A stretch of DNA of 64,000 nucleotides from Octopus vulgaris. Its lineage: Eukaryota. Within the stretch, counting starts at the first letter, position 1, and each line of letters begins with the position of its first letter. The notes beneath the pieces are model-generated. The model saw only the letters and a list, made by a program, of their open reading frames with translations, was not told the origin of the DNA and made no database searches. Of this stretch, positions 13,791 through 28,146 are shown in pieces. The stretch covers positions 10,416,001 through 10,480,000 of the forward strand of contig OX597832.1 of the NCBI GenBank assembly GCA_951406725.2. The letters are read 5' to 3'. The translations under genes and the position numbers were made by a program.

Positions 13791-15139
13791 TTTAAAGATC
13801 ATATGTTTATAAGAATGGGTTGCAATTCAATATATCTAATTTCCACATCATTTCATATAAATTCTTCGCCTTTTCGTTGTATATAATTTATATCGTAGCA
13901 TCTGCTTCATTCTATGTAAATTTAAAGATGTGGAAGTATTACACAGAATCTTAATCCCCATATTCCTCTGATATTTTGCAAGCAATCCTTAACTTCGGAA
14001 GGGCAAGATGAAAAACAAATCTGGCAGATCAGAGAGGATAGCTTGTATCTGGGGGAATTAGGGAAAATAATATCTGATAATACGGATGCCTGAGGTTTTA
14101 GTTATTCTTGTAATAATACGAAACGGCATAACGGTTATCTGCAGATTTGGGATTCACAATTCTTTTTAACTACTAAAGAGAAATAACCCTTATCTATTAT
14201 ATAATAGATCCTTACTCGAAGAGACCCGACAGAAGTTGCCTTTGGTTTGGAAATTACGCTTATAAATATTAAGATATGAATTCTACATCCTCAATTGCTA
14301 TCATTTGCTACCATGAATGATCGATGTTTCATCTTTCCTTAGGGGAAAGCAATTGAACCTATCATTCATAGATATCAAACGAATTGAGTATATTTCACTA
14401 AAACTATCCAAGGGATCAGATTCAAATTACTCCACTATTATCTATTAAGAAGCGTTTGTGGGCAAACTGCTATATAAATATATCACGTTATATTTATCAT
14501 CTTTGATCGGAATCTTTGTCATTTCCAAAAAAAAATAAATAAATAAAGCAGACTTGATTTTTGTTTTCTAACACACCCTTGTACCTAAATATAGTTGTTT
14601 CTCTATTTTTCCTTTCTCTGTTAATTAGTATCATAAAAATTATTTTCGATTGCTGATATGAAATAGATTTAATTTTAAATTTACAAGTTTACGATTCCAT
14701 TTCCGTCTGGCTTGTTTATTTTGCGTATATTCCTTTGACATTTCTCATCCAATTTCATCTGGTCATTTCATAACATTTATGCTGTCAGAGAAAAATGGAA
14801 ATTATCCGAACAGGACATTTTAATTCGTTTTCGTGAACTATCAAATTAAAATTTAGTAAATGATCTTAGCATAGAATATTATATAAGATGATTGCGCAAA
14901 TGTACATTTTCTTGATTATAAAGATAAATATCCTACAAAAGACTGATATGTATGTTTATTACTTCCAGTATTAGCAATAAGGAGAATGTGTATAACTGCA
15001 TAATTAAATCATTAGAACAGTATCTAACAATAGCATTCAATAGTTGTCTTACTCTAGATTAATACATAATCTCTTTATTAATTCGTATAGAAAAATCATC
15101 ATCGACGTGTAGGGTTCTATAGTTATTTTGAATTAATAT

Positions 15140-15300
15140 ACCAGACCAAATATTTGGTGGAGAAAGAAGAAATCTATTCTATCGTTCCAGTACATGACCA
15201 GTTCTTTATTTTATCGTCTATGGAGGGGGGAACTGCTAAGTGCCCACGTTGGTTTTTGAACACACAATATAAAAACCGGTGGCTATAAGATAATGCCTTA
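15140..15300 (-). mobile_element. Very old SINE-B-like relic
   Basis: 'atcgttccagtacatgaccagttctttattttatcg' resembles the SINE-B core. Confidence 0.35.
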
Positions 15301-17390
15301 CATAGGTATTTAAAACAATTTAAAGAAAAAGTGCTGACAGACTTCGTAATGATTTTGTCTCAACAGTTCATACCATATAAGTATGTAGTTGATAGAAGTT
15401 TCAACCACGACATTTATATAAGAAAGGAATTGATACAAAATAGTTTCACAAAAGTTTTCTAAATCGAGAACATCCTCTCCCAATTTAAATTTGTTTAAAA
15501 TCTCTTTTATGAATGGAAAGGTGAGGATTATCAACCGGGTTGTGAATACGGTGACATAACGCTGAAAATTTTAATTAATGGTCTCGTACTATTCAATGTA
15601 GCACTCTATTTTAGGTAATTTTCTTCCTTTTGAGATAAGTATAATTGGAAATAATCTCTCTCTTTCTTTCTCTTTCTCTCCCTCTTTCTCCCTCTGTCTC
15701 TTTCTCTCCCATTCTCTTTCTTGCGTTAATTTTCGTGTCATTACAATATGTAGGTGAATTACTATCAGCACTGTGTCAGGAGAGCATTAATCAAACTGTA
15801 AAATGCGCATTTAGTATTTTCTTCGCACATAGTTACACTACTGTTTATTACAGCTTGATGCGATATTATATGAGAAAGGAACTCAATAAACTGATAGAAA
15901 TATATTAATGCAATACTCTTGAAAATTGCAAATATTCTTAATGTTAACGCATGTTAATGCATGAAACTTTAAACAACAAATTCCTCATTTTGCACGAGTG
16001 TTGCAGCAGACACAAACCCGTTGCAGTTTTAGCAATCACTTATGATTATTATAGGAAATCGGCAGGAATCATTTAGCAACCTGAAAAGAGAGAAAATCAG
16101 ATTTAACCATGGGCGATTTCTACTGAGAATGCTACATGCGATTTCTACTGAGAAGGTCATATTACCGCAGGATGTCCTGTTCGGCATGTTAAGTTTCTTG
16201 TAATTCAGTGACAAAGACAAAGCAAAATGTCAAGAGCAAAGTGATAAATTATTCACATTATTTTTACTCCAAAGACTCCATCCAGCATAATACAATTTTC
16301 CGCTTTATGCCGCCGTATTCACAACCTGGTTCATAATCCTCACCCTTCCACGCAAAAGAGAGTCTCAACAAAATTAAATGCACATATCTCACCTTAAAAT
16401 TATTGTCATAAGAAAATGCAATTTTTTCTGGTTATGTTATAGGAGAATTTATTTACAGAAAAAGAAGAAAGTGAAAATATTTGCCAGAAAATTTATATCA
16501 GAAACATCTTTACATGGTTGAGTTCGAAATAATATTCATCATAATTATTGTTCGCTTTTTTTTCAAACTTACGGGATATTATTATTCATAGTCGAATTTC
16601 TTAAGATTGTTTCAGTTATTGTTTTACCACAGATTTGGAGGAAATTTCTTGCATATACTATTCTGCTATTCCAGCTGCATCACTGAATGAGTTAAATAGT
16701 ATTGAATAATATACATTTTATTCATTACTAAAGATATACTGAGGCAGTGATAAGCAAGGTGTGCGTCGCGAAACATTTCTGTGTCTCCGAAAATACATAA
16801 ATTTATGGCAAAATGTATTCTCAACACCTATATTCTGAATACTATACTGTAAAATATGTGATTTATAATGGCACTGCACACTGTGAAATATCTAACGGGT
16901 GACAATAGGAAAAAATACGAAATGCGTCAGAAGAATTTCAATTTTTAAATGGATGTCGACATTTTGAAAAAATTACAGGCTCTATAATAAGGTAAAGATA
17001 GGTGACCTGAGTTGCAAGTGTTCGAACATAAACAATGAGAAATATAATTTCACTTGTCATTGTAACACAGCATATATATATTAAAAAAGGGCGAAAAGAT
17101 ACAAGTAAGCATGGATACGATAATTATGTTATACAAATACAAAAAATTCAGTTATGACTGGTGAAATACATACGAATTTGGACACAAAGCGAGGAGACAC
17201 CTACGACAAAAAGTATGAAAGATGTCTATAGTAATTTTAAAATAAAGTTTTAGGTAATTATATAATGTTCATTCTAAGGTTTATTTTCTAGTTATTGAAA
17301 AACATGAAATTAAAAATCAGACATAATTTAATATAAAAAGATTCATGCATATAAATATAAATTTAGGTGTATATATGTCTGCGTATGTGA

Positions 17391-17441
<51 letters not shown>

Positions 17442-17461
17442 TATATGCTTATATACATGAA

Positions 17462-17519
<58 letters not shown>

Positions 17520-17678
17520 CATATTTACATATACATACATATATATACATAAGTCTACATACACCTATGCATACACGTATACAACAATATATTTATTTAA
17601 TTCCCCAAAAATCTATCAAACACGCATATTGTGAAAAGGATACATCTCAGATATAAGCACAAACATATATTTCTATAT

Positions 17679-17727
17679 ATTATCGTATGTGGTTGTGCAT
17701 AGCTATATACATATATGTATGTATATA

Positions 17728-17785
<58 letters not shown>

Positions 17786-17850
17786 CGTATGTGGTCGTTC
17801 ATAGTTATATACATATATGTATGTATATATGCATATATATATATATATAT
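17679..17850. repeat. Tandem duplication, period 102 bp, including (TA)n
   Basis: 'attatcgtatgtggt.g..catag.tatatacatatatgtatgtatatatgc' at 17679 and 17781. Confidence 0.85.
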
Positions 17851-18513
17851 TGTGTGTGTGTATGTGTGTGTCCCACAAATAAGCATGTAACAGTCACCAG
17901 CATAAATAAAATATTTTCATATAAAAAATTCATTCCGCATTGTATACATATACAATATGCATTATTTGCCATTTATGTATAGTTGTGTGCGCGAAGGGCT
18001 GTACTTTATTGTGGATGCGTGTGTGTCTACGTATTTCAATACATGCGTCTCTATATAGAGGCTATTTTATTTTCAATTGGGGTGGGCCATATAGAAGTCA
18101 ATTACGTATGTTTCAAACTTCTATTCATATAACGTGATTATGTTTCATTTTCATATATTTTCGAACACTAAAACATTTGATAAGTGATGTGAAAGAAACA
18201 GAAAATAATAAGTAATCTATTATAACATAGCAAACTTTAATTGACTTCAAATGAAAACATATCAATAACCATAGCAACATTACTAAGAATCACTCCATTA
18301 CGAAAAACCACATATATCAGAATTTTAGCATGAATAGCTCTTCATATGTAATTCAAACTTTTATTTACTCTGATGTCAATTCCACTCGTATTTAATATAT
18401 ATTGGATGGTCCTGATACGATATTATTTAAATAATTCGAATTCATTTGGCTGTTTGTTAATCTGTCTCTCTATTCTGTATTCACAATTACATATCTACAT
18501 ATACATATATACA

Positions 18514-18630
<117 letters not shown>

Positions 18631-19527
18631 GCACATATATATACAAATATATATATATACATATGCGTCTATATGTGATGTATAAACGATGTATAAACAC
18701 ATGAACTTTTATAATAAATTGATATAGATATATATACATATATATAGTTATATATATATACCATTATTCATATATACATGTGTATACCATTATTCATATA
18801 TGCATGTGTATAATATACATATGTGTGTAAATGCGTGCATGTCTGCATATGTTTGTGAGTGTTTTTGTGGGCGTGTATGTGCGTGCTTATGCGCGTATGT
18901 ACAATTGCGAATATTTCGACGAATTTCGTCATAAATATGTTCTTCTTTCGTTGAAAATTTAACTAACATATGCGTGTCCTTTCATTAGTGTGTCTATGTA
19001 TCTAAAAGTATATCCCCACATATGTGAACAACTGTATACACACTCACACATTCGGACACACAGAAATACAGACGCACACAAGCACACACACACACATACA
19101 CACAAATACAGATAAACATACACTGAAATCACTGTTTATTATTTTCCTTAGCTTTATGATATATGCGGTGGATCAGGTTAGACATACAGGCATCGTGGGA
19201 GCAATACAATAAAAATCAACATTTGAAGAAGATTGCGATACACATTTGTGCGCGCGTGTGTGTGTGTCTGTATGATAATAATATGTTCTTATTAAATATA
19301 TATATTTCTTTATATTTTCCATTTATAAATTGTATTGCTTGCAATTTTTTTATTTGTATTTATACATTTATTTTGAAGTATTTTTCAGTCTGTTTTCAGT
19401 AATAATTTTTTTTGCAATATTAGACAATTACACTCAAATTGACAAATATTTTTTTCTATTTCTTAGATTATAAATATGTGTGTGTGTGTTCGTTTGTATG
19501 CGTGTGTGCGTATGTATGTGTGTGTGT

Positions 19528-19570
<43 letters not shown>

Positions 19571-19919
19571 TGATATTTATTTGCTGATTTGTATACTTAC
19601 AAATCATATGTACGTACATACATACAGACATATACATACATATATATATATACAACATTGAATGTTTTAAACAGATTCCGTTAACAAGATGAATGAATTT
19701 TTCAATGAATACAACAACAATAATACTAATAATAATGATTACAATAATAAACATTAATAATAAAAATAATATGGTAATAACTGGAGAAATAACATTAATA
19801 ATTGATTACATGTATGCTTATAATACATATATATGTGTGTCTGTATATATACACATATATATGTATGAATACATGTATATATATATATAGAGAGAGATAT
19901 AGATAGATATACATATATA

Positions 19920-19965
<46 letters not shown>

Positions 19966-20328
19966 GATGTAGAGAGAGAGTAAAATATTGTATACTTTTT
20001 TACTGTACAAACATATGCGTATTTATGCTGCTATATGTGTGTGTGTATCGTTATGATTGTATAATGCGCTGAAAGTGTCTGTTATATCGTTATCATAAAA
20101 AAATGGAATAAATTTTACTTCTTATTGATTATGAATTACAATACCTTAATGGCAAAATACTTCTTTCGTTGTATTGTTTCTATACATTGAAATCAAAGCA
20201 TGATAAAAATACAATCAGAAAATATTTGGTGTATACTTTAATCTCCTGTAACTTTATATCATGCCAAACGTGAAATAAGGCAGAAATATTTAGCAATACT
20301 TAACCAACCCTAAATAACAGTAAAAAGT

Positions 20329-20946
20329 TTTTTAGCTGCTATTTCTAATGAGTTCAGTATGCGGCGAAGTAATTTATTTTACTAAGCCCTTTTATATAAT
20401 GTAATAATTTGAATTCGCCTTAAATGGTCCCTTTGCATACTGAACACTTGGTGAAATTGATTAATAATTAATTAATTTTACCCTCAATTGTTGAAATTAT
20501 AATTAATCTCCCTCTAATTAATGCTTCGGATTTTACCGAAATAAGCATAGCGTTTGATGATTTTAACCCACGCTGGTGGAAAGGGGAGAACAGAAATTCT
20601 TCACTTGCTTATTTTGGGTTTGTTGGCACTGTTAGTAACGAGCGAATCTTCGAAAGGGTATGTTCTTACTTTCAGTGTTTCCAAATCCAAACCAAGGAAT
20701 TTCTGAGCTGAAGATAGAAATGTTGTTTTGACTAATCTTGAAACGTACGTACTCAAATAACCTTAGCATTTGATTTGTTGATGTCCTTACCCCCAAACTT
20801 TTGTGAGTTGAATTAAGCAAACACTATATATGAGAGAGATTTTCTTTAAGTATTAGAAATAGCTCTAAGTTTTTAGCTGCTATTTCTAATGAGTTCAGTA
20901 TGCGGCGAAGTAATTTATTTTACTAAGCCCTTTTATATAATGTAAT
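20329..20946. repeat. Perfect 77-bp direct repeats flanking a 464-bp segment
   Basis: 20329-20405 identical to 20870-20946. Confidence 0.9.
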
Positions 20947-20978
<32 letters not shown>

Positions 20979-20980
20979 TA

Positions 20981-21210
20981 CAGACATGCAGGAATTAAAT
21001 AGATACCCTAGACACATTTAGGTTTCAAAATTTCTGATCTAAGTGCCTTAATATGTTTTCAACGGTGTAGAACTTACAATGTAATTATTCTTTTTTCATT
21101 CCAGGTGCCATTATATTACACATTTTGAAAGAGTAACCATGCCACGCCCAAAAAGTCAGCAGAACTGTAAGAATTTCAAGGAGGACGTATTGTTGGGCAA
21201 TCTGAGGCTG
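20981..21210 (+). mobile_element. Tc1-like transposon 5' end
   Basis: TA|CAG start; ATG at 21139 (MPRP) then shifted frame KSAEL*EFQGGRIVGQSEA, cf. Tc1 'ELSDFERGRIVG'. Confidence 0.65.
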
Positions 21211-21490
21211 TGCGAATTCTGTGTTACTTGAAATGGTCTTCTGTTCAGTCGCTGCGTTAGTCTTTCTCGCGTTGCTCTAAGTTGTTCTATAGGTATTTCT
21301 TTTGCTCATTGGATGCTATTCTCTGTATAAGTAGTAGAAGGTAATTTTGCTTGAGCAGACACACTTTGAGTTCAAGAAGGCGTGTGTTCCTGTTATTTGG
21401 ATCATCTACCATAGTACAAATTTTACTGACTAGACAGCTCGGAATGTTGCGTTGTGCGTGTGATGGGTGGCATCATTTGAAATTGAACAG
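21211..21490 (-). mobile_element. Penelope-like RT C-terminal fragment
   Basis: CHPSHAQRNIPSCLVSKICTMVDDPNNRNTRLLELKVCLLKQNY...ENSIQ*AKEIPIEQLR continues the 'SCHP...NIP' motif seen at 24835-24880. Confidence 0.75.
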
Positions 21491-21839
21491 CTTTTCACAA
21501 ATGCAGTTATGAGCAACAAAAGCAGAAATTTGATCTAGTGCATTAAATGCCCGAATTACGAGGAACTATATATTGGAGAGACAAGAAATACATTATCGGA
21601 ACGCTTACGCGTCCACAAGCGACAAATTCGGAACATCAATGTTCGCCAAATTCCATTCAGCGAACATAGAGAGACATGCAGAGTCAGAAAATATTTCTTA
21701 CTTTTTCTTTCCACAAACTACATGACACAAGTGAGGTTGAAGGAAAGTTAAAAGAAAAATGATTTATTAAAATTCTGAAAGCTGTTCTCAATGGAAATTA
21801 CAACAATAATATAACAACCAGGAGTGTTATTATATTATA

Positions 21840-22258
21840 GCGTAGGAGTGGCTGTGTGGTAAGTAGCTTGTTTACCAACCACATTGTTCCGGGTTCAGTC
21901 CCACTGCGTGGCACCTTGGGCAGGTGTCATCTACTATAGCCTCTAGCCGACCAAAGCCTTGTGAGTGTATTTGGTAGACGGAAACTGAAAGAAGCCCGTC
22001 GTATATATGTATATATATATATATATATATGCGTGTGTGTGTGTGTTTGTGTGTCTGTGTTTGTCCCCTAGCATTGCTTGACAACCGATGCTGGTGTGTT
22101 TATGTCCCCGTTACTTAGCGGTTCGGTAAAAGAGACCGATAGAATAAATACTGGGCTTACAAAAGAAAAAGTCCCGGGGTCGAGTTGCTCGATTAAAAGG
22201 CGGTGCTCCAGCATGGCCGCAGTCAAATGACTGAAACAAGTAAAAGAGTAAAAGAGTA
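21840..22258 (+). mobile_element. SINE-A, full-length, least diverged copy
   Basis: tRNA-like head (A-box-like TGGCTGTGTGG, B-box-like GGTTCAGTCC), internal (TA)/(GT) tract, tail (GAGTAAAA)n. Confidence 0.92.
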
Positions 22259-22757
22259 ACCAGTTAATGATGTGGATTAAAACATATCTTTAACATATGG
22301 ATATAAACAAATTACAGAAGACTCAGGCCAATGAAACCAACTAAGTTAGCTCACTCATAAAACTATTACATGTAAACTGCAAGCTAATTGGATAAAATAA
22401 ATGTGGGATATATGCCAGTTATATCGGTACGCCTGGCAAACTGTAACGTTTAAGCTGCTTGCGGACTGATCAAAACCGTATTCGAAAAATTCTTCTTAGA
22501 GCCTTCTACGAAGTACAAAAAAGAAGTCAGTCATTTTACTGTCAGTTAAATACATTTTAAAATCTGATGAATATTACGAACGAATGAAAGCGCTATTTGT
22601 GAATTTTATGAATATAACAAAATATTTTTCTAATGTTTATCACACTTCAAAATTGGTGAACGATTTATATTTCTTGAAATACCATAAAAAAACAAGTTTT
22701 ATACACACGCACATATCAGAAAAGAAGGGGTTTATTTCCTGCAGGAAATATATAGGA

Positions 22758-24270
22758 GAATTTGTTGTTCAAAATGCACATAAATTTTGAAAAACTTCTA
22801 ATTGTTTTTTAATAAAGTTATTTACATACATACCGAACTAGTTTCAAAATTTGTTTATCATTGATATAAACGTATTGCCTTTTAAAAAGTGCAAAATACG
22901 TTTAAATGTTTGAATGTTCGCAAAATTCTACATTAAAAATTATCGGTGAAGAATATATAAAATAATTTGGATCAACATGTTTAAATAATTAAATGTACGC
23001 AAGATACAATGATATCAGAAAGGATCGACGAAGAACATAAAAATTCTGTATCACCAAAATGTCGGTCGTGCTGAGTTCAGAGAGAGGGCAAAAAGTGAAG
23101 TGAAAGGGGTAAAGAAAAGGGCTTTTGTTACGTTTTTTATCATATTGGGTTCTTTTTCCGTCGCTTGCTTGGAATCGAGCGTTTTGGATATAGTGCATTT
23201 ATAAGTTTCTCTGTGAATGGATCTAATTTTTGAATCGTTAGAATTCTGATGATGTCTTATTTTTTTGGTGATCAAATTTGGTGTTCTGCCTGGTTGGCAT
23301 CCCTGTAGAGAATGGCCATCTACCGTTCCTCTTAGCTGATTCTCTTAAAGGAACAGTTTGTTTTATTTGCTGAAGATCCGGTTCTGCATGGGGGTAATAT
23401 GTTACTGGTCTAGAGATAGGTAACGTCACCAACAGGTGTTTTATGGTGTACTTGTATGGTGATGTGGTGTTGGGGTTTCAAAACTCAAGATGAATACTGT
23501 TACTAACGATTTTCGAATTATATCTGTTGTATCTGGTTGTCTTTGTTTGGAGAAATAGAGTATTTTTATTCTTTTTATTGTTTTTTTCTTCTTTCTATAG
23601 GATATTCAGCTGTGGTTCATATATTTTAATGAGTGTGCTTTCCGTATTCAATCGGAATTTGGTTGAATTGTATCCGGTGCATTGATAGAGAGGGAAGATT
23701 TGGTATTTCGGGTTCATGTTTACGGGGCATTGGTCTAGGTGTTTGCTTCCAGAAATTTTCCTGGTCGTGGAGTCCAGGATTTGTTGCCTGTGTACTCTCA
23801 GTCTGTCTTTCAAGGACAAACTATTCTGACCTATGTAGTCTCCATCACACCCACAACACTTGAGATCATACATGAAGTTCTTCGATGCACAGATGAAGTG
23901 ATTTTGTATGGTAAAAGTTGGATCTGACATAAGTTTATATGTTGATCTCTGCAAGAAATAGATCTAATGTCCGCAGTTAGTCCTGTTGCATTCCTCGATG
24001 CTTTACATTACTCATCGCACTGACCGATTTTTGTATGTAGATATTCTCCTTGAAGTTGAAGAATTTGTTCTGTAGGATGATCTTTATTCCTTCAATGATG
24101 AATCCTTTTCTGGATCGGTCACGAATGTCATTTGGGAATTTTTCCATCCAGAATGGAATCACTTCTATTCTGTATTCGTGAGTAATCGAAGTGTATAGGT
24201 TTATTACATCGAATGAAATCAGAAGGGAATCCTTTCTTCTCTTGTTCAGGAGTTGGCTTAAACAGTTCAG
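22758..24270 (-). mobile_element. Penelope-like element, left arm (partial RT, GIY-YIG endonuclease, 3' module)
   Basis: ORF 23595-23954 KNFMYDLKCCGCDGDYIGQ...LKDRLRVHRQQI...HLDQC is a PLE-type GIY-YIG; 23977-24270 gives SFDVINLYTSITHE and NKFFNFKENIYIQ. Confidence 0.85.
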
Positions 24271-25452
24271 ATCATCCTTTATAAAACTCGGTGATAAAGC
24301 TATACATTCGATTCCTCACGAAAACGGAATAGAAGCCATTCAATTCTGAATGGAAAAATTCCCAAATGACATTCCTCACCGGTTCATTATTGAAGGAATA
24401 AAATTCATCATACAGAGCAAATTCTTCAACTTCAACGGGAATACATATATTCAAATATCGGGCACTGCGATGGGAACGGGGACAACACTACTTTAGCAAA
24501 CTTTATCATGGCATGCTTAGAAGTCCAAATATAAGAGCACAATAGAGAAAACTTCCAAAATTACTTATTTGCCAACTCGAAACGCTACCTAGATGATTGT
24601 TTGATTCTGTGGTCACATAGCCTTGAGCAAATCTTAGAATTTAAAATTTTGATCAAGCAACTCTTAGAATTTAAAAACTTAATCAACAGCATTAACCACA
24701 GTATCCAATTCACAGTGGAATACAGTCCCAAACTGCTATCCTTCCTGCACATTTTAATCATAAAAATAGATATTGAAATTAAAACCGACATCTTCCTTAA
24801 ACCAACTCATTCAAAACGATATCTTTTATTCTCTTCCTGCCACCCAACACATACGAAAATAAATATACCGTTCAATCAAGCAGAACGCCAAAATGTATCA
24901 CTAGAAAGAATAAAATGTCATCAGAATTCTAACAAATCAAAAATTAGGTCCATTCGCGGTAAAAAAAAATATTAATACCCTGATTCCAAAACATTGCGTT
25001 ACAAGCCAAAACCCTGAACGCGACGGAAAACAGAACCCAATACGACAGTAACTGTAGCAAAAGCCCTTTTATTTACTCTCTTCCTTTCGCTTTTTTTCAT
25101 CTCACTGAACTCACCATGACCGACCTTTTGGTGATCTAGATTTTTTTTTTTATATTCTTCACCGATCATTTCTTGTATTATTGAATTTTGTGTACCTTTA
25201 ATCCTTTAAACATGTTGATCCACATTTTTTTATATATTCTTCGCCGATAAGTTTTAATAGTACTGAATTGCGCGAACATTTAACCATTTAAACATGTTTT
25301 CGCCTTCGAAATTTACAATTTTTAAAATCCCATACGTTTAAACCTTTGATTTAAAAAAAAAAGTGTTGAAGCTAGTTTTGTATGTATATAAATAATGTTT
25401 AAAACCAATTACAAGTGTTTCAAATCCAGGTGCCTTTTCGACAACAAATTCA
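24271..25452 (+). mobile_element. Penelope-like element, right arm (RT core plus same 3' module)
   Basis: IPHENGIEAI, FFNFNGNTYIQISGTAMGT, RYLDDC (YLDD 24586-24597), IQFTVE, TDIFLKPT, SSCHPTHTKINIP; 30-bp in-frame duplication near 24626-24685. Confidence 0.88.
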
Positions 25453-27792
25453 CGTGTGATTGTGTGCGTGTCTGTGAATGTGTATTTTCTAAATATATAT
25501 ATGAGTGCGTGTATGTGTGCATGTGTACATGTATGTTCAACCGTAAGATTGCTTTGTTTAAATTTTCAAACCTGGTGTTTTATGCTGTTTCTGCGTTTTT
25601 CTGACGTCGATATCTCAATATTACCGTAATAATGTTCAGATTGATAGAAAATACTACATGCTATACATACATCAATCTAACCAATGATGTTGTAAAGTTT
25701 CGGTGTCCTTTGCGAAAATCGGACATCTAGAAGCATTGAGCTTACATAAATAGAGTACAGGAACCGAAACTAATCATATAAGTCATTATTTCATCGCTCT
25801 GCTTTTTAACTGAAGATATTGCCACAGTTCTCCAGTAAATTGGTATGGGATGTTTATTAGTATTCACATAAAGTTTCCTACATTCTAGAAAAATAAGAAA
25901 TAATTTCCCAATAATAGTGTATGTTTCATGTAATGAATTACAGAAGTTCCTTAATAGTTTCGGAAAATTATTGCTCGAAAATACCCCTAAAGAAATAATA
26001 ATGGAATATGACTAAATATTTGACAGAAAATATGTTAAATTGCATCATAGGCATGTCTTCAATATGTCTGCTTGAAAGAAAATCCCGTTGCAAAATTTAC
26101 TATTTACAATAATAGACATATGTATAGTATGAATATGTGTTCACACTTTAGCACGCTAACGCACATATTTAAGCCTGTGTATATGTGTGCGTGTGTGTGT
26201 GCGTGTGTGTGCATATTTGTGTCGGTGTGCGACTGTATGCAGGTATATGTGTGATTCTAGAGAGAGGGAAATGTATTTGGTACACCCTTTATATATCCAA
26301 CATCAATAATAATGCGATAAATCTTTTGAATACACAGATTTATGTGACTGTGGGATGTAAGGGTTGCACATTATGATGTATATCATTTCATCCCATGTTG
26401 ATTTCCTCTCAAATATCACCAGATTCAAATTGTATGGGAAATGAAACTAAGTTATAGCAATAATATACACATATTGATTTAATGACTGATATCTAAGGAA
26501 ATTCTTATTCAACATGATGTGTTATACCAAACAAGAAGAAGATTTATACCAACTGCGTTTCGGTTTCTGTTCAATGTTGGACTAATTTAATATGCTACTA
26601 TTTACGTCAGAACTTACAGAGCATGCCTATGTTTATTGTCTTTAACGTGAAGATTATAAATATATAAGCATCATATTCAACATGTGTTTCTGGAATCCTC
26701 AGAAATACACTAAGTGCCAAAAGCAGTATATCTCGATGGTCGTATGATTCTTGTTTTATATAATTTTCTATGGGATTACGATAGATTACAACGATCTGTA
26801 TCATCGCAATTCAACTTTACGTTGGTTATCGTAGTCGCAGCTAAACTGTCAGTTTGGCTCTACTGATGATAAGAGTTGATAAGAGACACATTTCTCCGTG
26901 AGAATACTGTCAAACGTATTGATGTTATCATAATAGTGACATCATGAGTGGCATTGAAATAGTGGAGTGGTTTGCCTTCCGACGGTTTACAGACCAAAGT
27001 CCTGCACATATTCAAAACGATGTGCTCGTTCCGCATTACACCGAACAGCAGTCGATCAATGATGGACGTTGTCAAATTAATATTGACTTAATATTCCCAG
27101 TTCGAAATCCATTTAATAATAACTAGCCGGTAGTGCCTGGAACACCTCACTTCGATTTCAACTACCACAATGAATTTCTCTAGCTCTCAAGAATTCCAGA
27201 AGACGTCTATCAAACACGTAACTAATCTACTGTTCGTTAGAGAACACTGCTCGCTCGTAGTATCGTTTGAATGTAAATTTAGTTTTTCTTCAGCAATTAC
27301 GCTACATCTCAAAATAAAAGTAGACATCCACCACCATTTAATTGTGCAATATGTTTTATGTTATGCCATAATATTACAAGTATGAGAATCGATTATAAAA
27401 GCAACATATTCTGGGAGATATAAACAAATTAAAGTGTTACGTTGTGTGCACTCTCAAGACACACGTATTCAGACCAAATGTGATATGTCGCATTAACATT
27501 TCAGCTTATGAATTTGGATCTACATAATGATATTTGTCAGGAAGAGAGTTAATTGACATTGTGTGTGTATGTATGGATATTCTATACCTATGCGTGATTG
27601 TGCGTGTGCATGAGACGATAAAATTGGATATTTATATACTGCATTGATAAAGTATTATAGCTGGGAGCAAAAGATCGACACATACTCAAAAATAAATATA
27701 CATATATAGATAAAGAGACATATAGATATAGAGATAGAAAGATATACAGAGTGATAGACAGATACACAAAGACATTTTAAAATAGAAACATA

Positions 27793-28146
27793 GGCGCAGG
27801 AGTGGCTGTGTGGTAAGTAGCTTGCTTACCAACCACATGGTTCTATGTTCAGTCCCACTGCGTGACGCATTGGGCAAGTGTCTTCTATTATAGTCTCGGG
27901 CTAACCAAAGCCTGTCGTTTATATATATGTGTCTATGCATGTGTGTGTCTGTCTGTGTTTGTTCTCCCACCATTGATTGACAACCGATGTTGGTGTGTTC
28001 ACGTCCCCGTAGCTTAGCAGTTCGACGAAGGAAACCGATACAACAAGTAGCAGGCTTACAAAGAATAAGTCTTATGTTCGACTAAAGGTGGTGTTCAAGC
28101 ATGGCCGCAGTCTAATGGTTGAAACAAATAGAAGAATAAAAAGAAT
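27793..28146 (+). mobile_element. SINE-A copy with internal deletions
   Basis: Head 'ggcgcaggagtggctgtgtggtaagtagcttgcttaccaaccacatgg', tail 'gcatggccgcagtc'. Confidence 0.9.

Noticed and set aside
26820-27300. Complex sequence with short ORFs (also 280-600, 13950-14470, 49813-50163, 60480-60800)
   Set aside because: No recognisable domain; probably highly decayed LINEs or unique non-coding DNA that I cannot classify.
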